This document shows, one piece after another, positions 41,041 through 52,563 of a stretch of 64,000 nt of DNA. Position 1 is the stretch's first letter. The number at the start of each line of letters is the position of its first letter. Position numbers and translations under genes: made by a program. This stretch comes from Squalus acanthias (Eukaryota): NCBI GenBank assembly GCA_030390025.1, contig CM059432.1, forward strand, positions 6,262,001-6,326,000, given 5' to 3'. The notes below the pieces were generated by a model. That model was not told where the DNA came from and searched no databases. It worked only from the letters and a program-made list of their open reading frames with translations.

Positions 41041-41938
41041 GGAGAGTTTTGTTGTGAGTTTTGGATTGGACACCTGTTCCTCGGCCTCTGCCAGTGCTGT
41101 TTGACTGGGAGCTGCAAGACAGTGGCTGGGATTACCGGCAACTTTGATTTCCCTTCCTTTACTTGCCATCTACAACAGCAAAGCTGAAAACTCACTAAGT
41201 GTGACCCTGCATCCATCCGTTCCTTAGTGCAGTCTGTTGGAGTACCATAAAAATCAACCTAACACAGTTCCTTAATTTGTAGCAAAACTCCCCTGGCATC
41301 ACTGTTTATAACAACAAATAAAGGCCAGCTTTGTTTTGAAATTTGACTTGTTTGGCAATATAACCTGTCAAATCTTGAATTCCTAATTGCCACTGACATA
41401 AACCAGATCTCATGCTAGTGCGGATTCCAATGCATTAGTACTGTAGACCTCCACCCACCAGGACCTGGATGAGCCTGTATACAATTATTTTGCCCTTTTA
41501 TTTATCATCAGAGAAATGAGACTTACATCATGCTAGGTTTGATCTCGATCCTTGAAGTAAAAGGACAGCTCTCTAACCCATTGTGTTGCCCCATTATATA
41601 TCACAACATCGCACTTTAAGAATAGTCCAATAATCAAAAGTGAAAGCACCAAGATTGTGATTAGTGGCTCAGAGAATAATATCCATGGTCTAGGAATAGC
41701 AGAGGAAGTTATCAATGGGCACCGTGCCTGATCGACACTTACTTTGAATACATTATTCTAATTTTGCTTCATTTTTCCTTTTAGGTTGTTTTAAATAAAC
41801 AATATTTGGCTAACTCTTTAGCCTGAGGCTAGTGATATTTCATTTCCAAAAAATACATTTGTGGTAGGTCATACCTGTTGCCAATTAGGGAATTCATTTG
41901 ATTTGCCTGATGTGGTGAGCATGGTACCGATCTAGGAG

Positions 41939-42496
41939 ATGTCAGTAGGGACACATCTTTTTAAACTTATGCTGTTTCCTCCCTGCCCCGCAAGCTAGCC
42001 ATCGGTATTCATGCACTCCTCTTTGGTTAGGAGGATAGGCAATCAACTCCACAAACATCTTCATAGATGGCGTCAATATGGAGAAGAACACTTCTCTGGT
42101 CACCTTTCCTTCCCACTAACTCTCGCATGATGACAGCTATGACCCGAGGGGAAGTCGAAGTGCAAATGTCAAATTAAACTGTGATTTGAAATCGAGGTGC
42201 ATGCTTGGATGCATGAAATTACAAAGCAGCGTATCAGTACACAACGTATTTTAAAATGTATTTAAAAGTCCAAAATTTCAAGCTTATTAATTAAATACTA
42301 GCAGATTCCTGTGGCTTTGGTTCACAGTAAATTGGGTGATGGGCTCTTTTAGACTGAGAGGAGCATTACAATATGTAATGCACATTGTGTTGTGCTCGTG
42401 CTAGGTTTATAAGATAATGAAGATTGTAAGTGAAGATTGAAGATTGGGGCAGGGAGGAAACAGCAGAAGTTTAAAAAGATGTGTCCCTACTGACAT
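41939..42496. mobile_element. Putative MITE with 51-bp inverted repeats
   Basis: 41939-41989 and 42446-42496 are reverse complements at 50 of 51 positions. Confidence 0.6.
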
Positions 42497-42541
42497 TTAT
42501 AAGATTGTGTTCCTGTTGACAGTTTGTTCCAATTAAATAGG

Positions 42542-43037
42542 AAGTCGCACAACACCAGGTTATAGTCCAACAGATTTATTTAAAATTACAAGCTTTCGGA
42601 GCTATCGATCGCCCCTTCTTCAGGTAAAGTTACTATGAGTGAATCTACAACAGTTCACAGAATATAAACACAGAAAATGCAGAGATACAATCTTTCCTTA
42701 CATCAAAGACACACCAAGAGCACAGCCAAGACAATGAGATGTATCCCAGGGGGTCCAACGTGTCAAATCCTGCTGTCTGCATATCCTCTCCATATCCCTT
42801 CCTCTCTCTCCGTCCTTTTTGTGTTTGTTTTTTTGTGTTTGTTTTTTAAAAACTGGAAAGACAGACAACGATGTCAAGTCACGTTCTGTAGCGTGACATG
42901 AACCCGATATCCCTATTGAGGCCGTCCTCATGAGTGCGGAACTTGGCTATCAGTTTCTGCTCGATGATTTTGCGTTGTCGCTTGGAGAACGCTAACCCGC
43001 AGATCCGAGGCTGAATGCCGGCATCTCCGCATCATAG
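42542..43037 (-). mobile_element. Penelope-like element fragment with a 13-bp target-site duplication
   Basis: TSD CCAATTAAATAGG at 42529-42541 and 43038-43050; reverse strand encodes RKIIEQKLIAKFRTHEDGLNRD (GIY-YIG C-terminus); hammerhead motif at 42586-42627. Confidence 0.85.
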
Positions 43038-43054
43038 CCAATTAAATAGGTTAG

Positions 43055-43805
43055 GGAGGTCCAGGGTCACAAATTTAAGTTTAGTGGACCTCTGGAACAG
43101 GCTGCGGTCTCATGGTGGACACGGATTCGCTGAATTCCTTCAAGTGAGAGCTGGACTTATTTCTGGCTGGGGCGGAGATCAGCTCTTACAGAAGGTAGGT
43201 ACTGCAGGAAATTCAGGGCCAGAGTGATCTCCTGGACTAGTTTCGATCGCCTAGATGGGTCGGAGAGGAATTTCCCAGATTTGTTCCCCCCCAAATTGGC
43301 CAGGGTTTTTTTTTTAATCTATTCTTTTTGCCTCTCCCAGGAGATCATATGGTTTCGGGTGGGGTGGGGAGTCTATATCACAGAATCACAGAATCCCCAC
43401 AATGCAGATAGAGGCCATTTTGGCCCATCGAGCCTACACCGACACATATCCCACCCTATCCCCGTAACCCCACGTATTTAATCCCCCCCTAACACTAAGG
43501 GTCAATTTATCATAGCCAAATCAACCTAACCCGCACATCTTTGGACTGTGGGAGGAAACCGGAGCACCCGGAGGAAACCCACGCAGACACGGGAGAATGT
43601 GCAAACTCCACACATACAGTCACCCGAGGCCGGATTCGAACCCGGGTCCCTGGCGCTGTGAGGCAACAGTGCTTACCACTATGCCACCGTGTTGCACGGT
43701 GGCATAGTGGTTAGCACTATGATACACAAGGTATCGCAATTGTGTGGGACAGGCTGGATGGACCAGAGGGTCTTTACCTGTCCGTCATTGTTCATATGTC
43801 CATAA
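43055..43805 (+). mobile_element. CR1-type 3' fragment interrupted by an HE1/V-SINE (- strand, ~43378-43720)
   Basis: VDLWNRL peptide and ggctggatggaccagagggtc 3' UTR; V-SINE body close to 40084-40515, with an inverted head at 43695-43718. Confidence 0.75.
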
Positions 43806-43995
43806 GTTCTGAGACTTAGCTAAGGTGCAACCTGGGTTGTCCTTTTTAGGCCACACAGTTTAATTTCTTCATACAAGGTCATTGAAAGCTTAATTGCTGT
43901 AACATAGGAACAGGAGAAGGTTATTCAGTCCCTTGAGCCTGTTCTGCCATTCAATTATATTATGACTGATCTATACTCAACTCCATTTATCTGTC

Positions 43996-44173
43996 AACAG
44001 AAAATGCTGGAAATACTCAGCAGGTCAGGCAGCATCCGTGGAGAGAGAAACAGAGTTAACGTTTCAGGTCTGTGACCCTTCGTCAGTTCTGACAGATGCT
44101 GCCTGACCTGCTGAGTGTTTCCAGCATTTTCTGTTGTTATTTCAGATTTCCAGCATCCTCAGTACTTTGCTAT
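43996..44173. mobile_element. Palindromic (inverted) Penelope pseudo-LTR insertion in a CR1 tail
   Basis: aacagaaaatgctggaaatactcagcaggtcaggcagcatc followed by its reverse complement; flanked by TCCATTTAT(C/G)TGTC at 43982-43995 and 44174-44187. Confidence 0.75.
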
Positions 44174-45157
44174 TCCATTTATGTGTCGTTGCTCCATATC
44201 CCTTGATACCCTTAGTTAATAAAAATTCATCAACCTCAATCTTGAAAATTTCTGGTCACATCCCACCAGTCACTCCCTTTACCCCTACTCTCGGTCTCCT
44301 CCCTCCTAACCCTGTCATAAGGTTAACTCCGATTCCATGCATTCTCACTTGTGCTAATAATCACTTGTGCAGAACCTTATCAAGTGCCTTTCATTTCACT
44401 TTTGCTAATCATCTCTATTTGCAAGGGAAGTTTGCAGATTGCAACAGGTGATTGTAAATTTCCATCTCCGTGTCAGAAGAAAACAGAATTAAATGACTGG
44501 CTTTCTCTTCGCTCTACTTTTAAAACTTCAAATTTGTCGGAGCACAGACATTTATCTGTAGTACAGGATGAGCAGCTGGGAGACACAAAACGGAAATGCT
44601 ACAGCGCCATCACTGGTGTTAGGTGTAATTGCAGTGTGACAAGTTTACATATGCAATTCCCATTCTAAATGATTTTACTTGAAGGCCTCAGCCTCTCTCA
44701 CTAGTACAGCAAACCCCCATTGCCCCTCCTCAACACTGCTAAATACCAGATAGTTACCTCCAATTGGTGCATCTTGCGTACCATCTTGCTCTGTATTTTC
44801 AACTTTAGAAATGGTAAGAGATATAAATTAAAGACATAGGTGAAGGAGAATATATAAATTATAAACGGCACTCATTTATGGATAGAGTAGTGAAATTCAA
44901 TCCCCAAAGCATCAACAAAAATCCCAGAATATTTTTTAATAGAATGGAATTTGACTTGTTTAGTCAATGTAAATCAGTGGCCCTGATTTATCTGCTACAT
45001 GGCTTAAATACCCGTATTGAGAGGGAGAGAGGAGATGGTTTTACTTTATAGTCAGCATGTGCAAATACAGTTCTGTAAGTTATCCTGAGAAAATGGGCAT
45101 TTAAAGGAGAGCTCGATAAAGTTCAGGATCTTTTTAGAATTATTACCCAAACATAAT

Positions 45158-45921
45158 GGCCCGAAAATTAGACCTAATGCGGGAGAGTACGCACTGTGTA
45201 CTCTCGCGTATTAGGTCCCGAAGTGCCGGTTTCCTGCATGCACTGCGCATGCGCGGGAAACCGGCACTTCGTGTATGGCAAAGGGGGCGGTTCCTAAGTG
45301 AACCGCGTGCGCGCTACAGGTTGCGCGCACGCAGCACACTTAGTTTTTTTTTCAGGTTTGAACGCGCAGGTAAGTGTTGAAGATTTTACACATAAAGAAA
45401 GCAGGCGTAAGACCCCCTTTTAACAAGGTAAGTAATTAATTAAGTATTATTTAAAATTTTTTCAACAGGTTTATCTTTTTTAGAGACTTTAAAGAAAGGT
45501 AAGTTTATTTTTATAACTTTTAAAAAGAATTTAAATTTTTTCAAAAATTTAAATTTTTGTTTAAAGTGGTTAATTTATTTAACTATAGTTATTTTATTAA
45601 TGTGATGGCTTTTTTAAAAATTTAATTGAGGTTTAGCTGTTCTTTTGGGGGCTTGTTGTATTCATAGTTTTGACAGCTCTTGCTGTCAAAACTATGAATG
45701 AAAGATGGTGTGCTGCCATTGGCTCTAACTGGCCCACGTGATCCCAGAGGTCGCATCGCACTAACTGTGCCTCTGGGACACGCACACACTGCGCGCCGGC
45801 ACCAGGGAGAGGCCCAGGAACTGAAGTTCGTGTGGGCCAAAACCATAAAGGTAGGCGCGGAGTGCGATATCGCGGGGGATCCTTACCCCCGCGGCAACCA
45901 TCGAACTCCAATTCCTGGGCC
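45158..45921. mobile_element. Non-autonomous DNA transposon (MITE-like, GGCCC termini) with many internal hairpins
   Basis: Imperfect TIRs aatGGCCCGAAAATT / AATTCCTGGGCCatt; GC-rich hairpin arms around an AT-rich core. Confidence 0.6.
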
Positions 45922-45930
45922 ATTGCCATT

Positions 45931-46280
45931 TAAAAAAAAAAATTCATTCACGGGATGTGGGCGTGGGCCAGCATTTATTGCCCATCCCTAATTGCCCTCG
46001 AGAAGGTGGTGGTGAGCCGCCTTCTTGAATGGCTTGCTAGGCCATTTCAGAGGGGCAGTTAAGAGTCAACCACATTGCTGTGGGTCTGGAGTCACATATC
46101 GGCCAGACCGGGTAAGGACGGCGGATTTCCTTCCCTAAAGGACATTAGAGAACCAGATGGGTTTTTACGACAATCTGGTAGTTTCATGGTCACCATTACT
46201 GATACGATAGTATATATATATATATATATTGATATATCAGGGGTACGGTAGCATAGTGGTAATGTTACCTGTAAGTTATC
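45931..46280 (-). mobile_element. SINE (second family) with an inverted 5' head and an 11-bp TSD
   Basis: TSD CCATTGCCATT at 45920-45930 and 46281-46291; body homologous to 34048-34580. Confidence 0.75.
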
Positions 46281-46443
46281 CCATTGCCATTGGACTATAA
46301 GAATGATACTGATATGTAATTATATATTTTCAATTATTTTTCTCAGCTACTATAAATTGTTTCCTTGACTTGCTTTCCCTTACCTGAAGAAGCACCCCAC
46401 CTGTGATTTGTACCTTTTCCAGAAAACGTGGTTTTTGAACACG

Positions 46444-47170
46444 GGGTAGTGCTTCTGCTAGTTTTGTGCCCAGATTCCAGCGCAATCGGCCGAACCAACG
46501 CAAAAGGTCAGGGAATTTTAAACCTAAGTGAGTTACGCCCCAAACCGCTTACATGTTTTCCGCGAGCTTTTACAATGGTTTAAAATTCAATTCGCTCAGA
46601 TCAGGTCCTGCCCACAAATCCGGCCACGCCCCCAGGTCGACACTGCGAGATTCCGCTGATAGCGCTGGTTCAGGAAGGCTCTTCAAATTGCGCTTATTTT
46701 CTTAGCCGCACAGGCACCAGTTTCCACGTTTCAGAAGATTTTTCATATCAGAAAATATATAATGTACTAAGAAACTGACTCGTGTACACCAGTGAAATGA
46801 TTAAATGGTTCAGTGTAGTTTTTTTAAAGTCATTGCCAGTGATGTTAAATCAGGTTACTCACAGGTGGTGGACTGGACACCCTTATTAAAAATGCTTATG
46901 TTTTGTGATAAACCCATTTTCAGCTGTATTAATAAAACTGCACCAGGTTACCACTCTTAAACACATCAAGGAATACCTTTTAATGGAAAGAGAAAAACCC
47001 CCCAATTATGTTCTATTACAATGTCCGATTGCGCTGGCTCATGGAAGATTTTACGTTTGCGATTATGCAAATAAATTTGAGCAGAAACTTGAACTCTAAC
47101 CTAACCAGCGCAATTTCAAGCGCATTTTGGGCGCAATTTCCCAATTTTGACCAAAGCGGAACCTCTACCC
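46444..47170. mobile_element. Non-autonomous DNA transposon (PIF/Harbinger-like GGGTAG termini)
   Basis: TIRs GGGTAGTGCTTCTGCT / AGCGGAACCTCTACCC (13 of 16); CpG-rich interior with no ORF. Confidence 0.55.
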
Positions 47171-48179
47171 TTACATGTCCCATTATATAACAATCAGTGC
47201 ATCCGTAACAGTACTTCACAGAATTTTAAATCAGAATGCATGCACATCGACTATCAGTATTTGAAAGACTTCATTAGTGACACGGTTTAGGTTTTAAAGT
47301 AATATAAAATTTCTAATCATAGGTTCACATACCTAAAGAAATCACAAGCCATATTACTGCTGATTTTAAACTTACACAAAAATATATTCAGGGTCAAGTA
47401 CATTACTTGCAGTATATTGTATTACAAAAATTATATAGAGATACACTACTTTTAATGCTTATGCACTAGTCTTCCAGCTGTTAAAGCACATCTGGCACTG
47501 ATAGAATTTAACTGTTCTCTTTATGTTTTCCAAACGTAACTGAGCTTTCCAACTGCAACATTCTTTTTATGGAGTCTCAATACTATTGATGTATATTGGC
47601 TTCAAAAGGGCATGCCTAAACTTTTACTTTGATATTTTAATTGTATTTCTACTTGAGATAAAGCCAGACTAAACTGGGAATTGCTTATTATTAAGTCTTG
47701 TACACAAACTTTATTGTAATGATCTATTTTTTTTTAGGTCTACCATTCCCCGGCTGAATGGTTATTCAGGCAAGATGCTCTTCACTGTGCTGCTTCACAT
47801 CTGGCCACAGGCAGTTGCTGAAAGCATCATACACTGATCTGATGTACTTTTATGCCTTTCATTTCTGCTCCATGCCTTCCATTAATGGCACAATCAAGAC
47901 TGGGAGTCCACCATGTGGGGATTGCAGGGGTAGCTCGGCATTCTACTACTTCAACGGGATTTTAATATATCATATTTGCATATTACATTATGTTCAGACA
48001 GTGCATCAAATATAATTTTTATTTCTTTGTTGAGCACCATTCATAATAGACAAATGATAAAGTTCATCAACACTTTTTTTTAAAATTGAAGAAAATAAAA
48101 GGACTCAGTGTAATTTATTACACAAATGGACCATCTGCATGCACAAAAGTACATCAGATTGTTTGGAAAGCAAATCAAT

Positions 48180-49260
48180 TCTCAGGATGTGGCATTGTCA
48201 GCAAGGCCATCCCTAGTTGCCTTTGAGAAGTTGGTGATGGGCCTACTTCTTGAATCGCTGCATTCTGTGTGCTGAAGGTGCTCTCGCAATGATGTTAGGT
48301 AGGGAGCTCCAGGAATCTGACCCAGTAATGATAAAGGAACGGGGATATGTGTCCAAGTCGGTATTCCATCACACTCCTGACATGCCTTGAGGGTGGCGGA
48401 GAGGCTTTGGGTAGTCAGGAGGTGAGCCAGTCACCACAAAATACCCAGCCTCTGACCTGCCCTAGCAGCCACAGAATTTATGTGGTTGGACCAGTTGAGT
48501 TTCTGGTCAATGGTGACCCCCCAGGATGCCTTTGTTACTTCTAGGCTTGACTATTCCAACGCACTCCTGGCTGGCCTCCCACATTCTACCCTACGTAAAC
48601 TTGAGGTGATCCAAAACTCGGCTGCCCGTGTCCTAACTCTCACCAAGTCCCGTTCGCCCATCACCCCTGTGCTCGTTGACCTACATTGGCTCCCGGTTAA
48701 GCAAGGCCTCGATTTCAAAATTCTCATCCTTGGTTTCAAATCCCTCCATGGCCTCACGCCTGCCGATCTCTGTAATTTCCTTCAGCCCCACAACCCACCC
48801 CCCGACCGCCCCCCCCGAGATATCTGCACTCCTCAAATTCTGCCCTCGAGTTTCCCTGATTATAATCTCTCAACCATTGGTGGCTTTGCATTCTGTTGCC
48901 TAGGCCCTAAGCTCTGGAATTCCGTGCCTAAACCTCGCTACCTCTCTTTCCTCCTTTACGAAGCTCCTTAAAACCTACCTCTTTGACCAAGCTTTTGGTC
49001 ACCTGCCCTAATTTCTCCTTATGTGGCTCAGTGTCAAATTTTTTGTCTTATAATACTCCTGTGAAGCGCCTTGGGACTATTTACTATGTAAAAGGCGTTA
49101 TAAACATACAAGTTGTTGTTGTTGTTGATGGTGGGGGACTCAACCATGGTAATGCTATTGAATGTCAAGGGAGGTGGCTAGGCTTTCTAGTTGGAGATGG
49201 TCATTTCTTTTCACTTGTGCGGCACAAACATTACTTACCACTTATCAGCTTAGCAAGCAT
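48180..49260 (-). mobile_element. Degraded third-family LINE interrupted by an L2 3' fragment (+ strand, ~48525-49127)
   Basis: L2 peptide AFVTSRLDYSNALLAGLP...IQNSAAR...LHWLPV with (GTT)n tail; flanks related to 31840-32640. Confidence 0.8.
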
Positions 49261-49573
49261 CGGCTAGAGTAGAGAAAACTGCTGCACAAAGTAAGAGGGG
49301 AAAACTTTTCTCCCTGTACCTTATTTTTCACAGTACATTACCCTATTAACATAAGAACATAAGAAATAGGAGGAGTAGGCCAATTGGCCCCTCGAGCCTG
49401 CTCCGCCATTCAATAAGATCATGGCTGATCTGATCCTAACCGCCAATCTACTATCACAGAACCATCTCCTGAACCTAACAGAATTGGACACACGAAATAG
49501 GAGCAGGATCAGGCTACACGGCCCCTGGGCCCGCTACGCTACCCACAGGGCCATGACCGATCCGAACCTAGAC

Positions 49574-52525
49574 TCATGTCCAAATTCCTGCCCGCTCCCT
49601 GTAACCCTTAATTCCCTTTACTTCTAGGAAACTGTCTATTTCTGTTTTAAATTTATGTAATGATGTAGCTTCTACAGCTTTTTGGGGCAGTATATTCCAT
49701 GGACCTACCACCCTCTGAGTGAAGTAGTTCCTTCTCATCTCAGTTTTGAAAGAGCAGCCCCTTATTCTAAGACTATGCCCCCTAGTTCTAGTTTCACCCA
49801 TCATCGGGAACATCCTCCCCGCATCCACCCGATCCAACCCCTTCACAATCTTATATGTTTCAATAAGATCGCCTCTCATTCTTCTGAACTCCAATGAGTA
49901 GAGTCCCAATCTACCCAACCTCTCCTCATATGTCCATCTCCTCATCTCCGGGATTAACCGAGTGAACCTTCTTTGTACTGACTCGAGAGCAAGTATGTCT
50001 TTTCTTAAGTATGGACACCAAAACTGTATGCAGTATTCCAGGTGCGGTCTCACCAATACCTTGTACAACTGAAGAAATACCTCCCTATTTTTATATTCTA
50101 TCCCCTTAGCAATGAAAGCCAACATTCCATTGGCCTTCTTAATCACTTGCTGCACCTGCATACTAACCTTTTGAGTTTTGTGCACCAGGACCCCCAGATC
50201 CCTTTCTACTTCAGTACTTTCCAGTTTCTTGCCATTTAGATAATAACTTGCTCTACTATTTTTCCTGCCAAAGTGCATAACCTCACACTTTCCAGTATTG
50301 TATTCCATCTGCCAAATCTCTGCCCACTTACTTAGCCTGTCTATGTCCCCTTGCAGATTTTTTATGTCCTCCTCACTCACTACTTTCCCTCCCATCTTAG
50401 TATCATCTGCAAACTTTGATATGTTACACTCGGTCCCCTCCTCCAAATCGTTAATATAGATTGTAAAGAGTTGGGGACCCAGCACTGACCCCTGCGGAAC
50501 ACCACTAGTTACTGATTGCCAGTCTGAGAATGAACCATTTATCCCAACTCTCTGCCTTCTGTTAGATAGCCAATCCTCTATTCATGCCAGAATATTACCC
50601 CCAATCCTGTGATTTTTTATCTTAAGCAATAATCTTTTGTGTGGCACCTTGTCAAATGCCTTTTGGAAGTCTAAATACACCACATCCACTGGTTCCCCTT
50701 TATCCACCCTGTGTGTTACTTCCTCAAAGAACTCCAGCAAATTTGTCAAACATGACTTCCCCTTCATAAAACCATGCTGACTTTGTCCTATTAAATTATG
50801 ATTATCCAAATGTCCCGTTACTGTCTCCTTAATAATGGACTCCAAAATTTTACCTACCACAGATGTTAGGCTAACCTATCTATAGTTTCCAGCCTTCTGT
50901 CTACTGCCCTTTTTAAATAAGGGTGTTACATTAGCAGTTTTCCAGTCTGCCGGGATCTTTGCTGAGTCCAGGGAGTTTTGGAAAATTATTACCAATGCAT
51001 CCACAATCCCTACCGCCACTTCCCTCAAGACCCTAGGATGTAAGCCATCAGGTCCAGGTGATTTATCCGCCTTGAGTCCCATTATTTTACCGAGTACCAC
51101 TTCCTTAGTGATTTTGATTGTGTTTCGCTCCTCCCCCCCTATAGCCCCCCGTTTGTCCAGTGTTGGGATATTCTTAGTGTCCTCTACTGTAAAGACTGAT
51201 ACAAAATATTCATTCAGTGTATTTGCCATCTCCATATTTCCCACCATTAATTTCCCGGTCTCATCCTCTAAGGGACCAACATTTACTTTAGCCACCCTTT
51301 TTCTTTTTATATAACTATAAAAACTCTTACTATCTGTTTTTATATTTTTTGCTAATTTACTTTCATAATCTATCTTCCATTTCTTAATCAATCTTTTTGT
51401 TACTTTTTGCTGTCTTTTAAAGTTTTCCCAATCCTCTATCCTCCCACTAGATTTGGCTACCTTATAACCCCTTGTTTTTAGTCGAATACTATCCTTAATT
51501 TCTTTACTTAGCCACGGATGACTGTCTTTTCTTTTACACCCTTTTCTTCTCAGTGGAATATATTTTTTTGGGAAGCTGTAAAATAACTCCTTAAATGTAC
51601 ACCACTGATCATGTATCGTCTTACCCTTTAATCTATTTTCCCAATCCACTCTACTAAATTCCGCTCGCATACCTTCATAGTCTCCTTTATTCAAGCTTAG
51701 CACGCTTGTTTGAGATCCAACCTTCTCACCCTCTAATTGAATATGGAATTCAACCATGTTATGGTCACTCATTCCAAGGGGATCCTTTACTAGGACATTT
51801 TTAATTAATCCTGTCTCGTTACACAGGACCAGATCTAAGGTTGCTTGCCCCCTGGTCGGTTCAGTTACATACTGCTCAAGAAACCCATCCCTAATACACT
51901 CAATGAACTCATCCTCAAGGCAGCCCTGCCCAATTTGATTTGTCCAATTAATATGATAGTTAAAATCCCCCATAATTATAGATGTTCCCTTATTACAAGC
52001 CTCAACTATTTCCCGATTGATACTCCGTCCAACAGAGTTGCAACTATTCGGAGGCCTATAGACTACGCCCACTAGTGTTTTTTTCCCCTTATCATTCCTT
52101 ATCTCCACCCAAACTGTTTCATTATCCTGATCTTTTGACCCAATATCATTTCTCTGTATTACAGTGATTCCTTCCTTTATTAACATAGCCACTCCACCTC
52201 CCCTTCCTTCCTGCCTGTCCTTCCTGATCGTTAAATAACCTGGTATATTTAATTCCCAGGCATTGTCACCCTGCAGCCATGTTTCTGTAATGGCCACAAG
52301 ATCATACCCATATGTAATTATTTGTGCCATTAACTCGTCTATTTTGTTACGAATGCTATGTGTATTCAGATAGAGAACTTTCAAATATGTTTTGTGACAC
52401 TTAGTTCCTGCTTTTGCCCTTTTTATTAGTTTACCTTTTACTCCATACCTTCTGCCCCTTCCTGACACACTCTGGTTTTTAATTTCCCCACTGCTACCTA
52501 AGTCTATGACCTTCTCTGTTGTCAT
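49574..52525 (-). pseudogene. CR1 ORF2 (APE endonuclease and reverse transcriptase); single frame with two in-frame stops (50876-50878 TAG, 50582-50584 TGA)
   Basis: EN motifs LYLN, ITETW, GGGVA, GDFN, SDH; RT motifs PGPDG, NYR*VSLTS, QHGF, YLDFQKAFD, LGPQLF, FADD. The three ORF-track segments share one frame. Confidence 0.93.
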
Positions 52526-52563
52526 TTTTATTATTTGCTCTCTAGGAACCTCCCCCCCACTAG

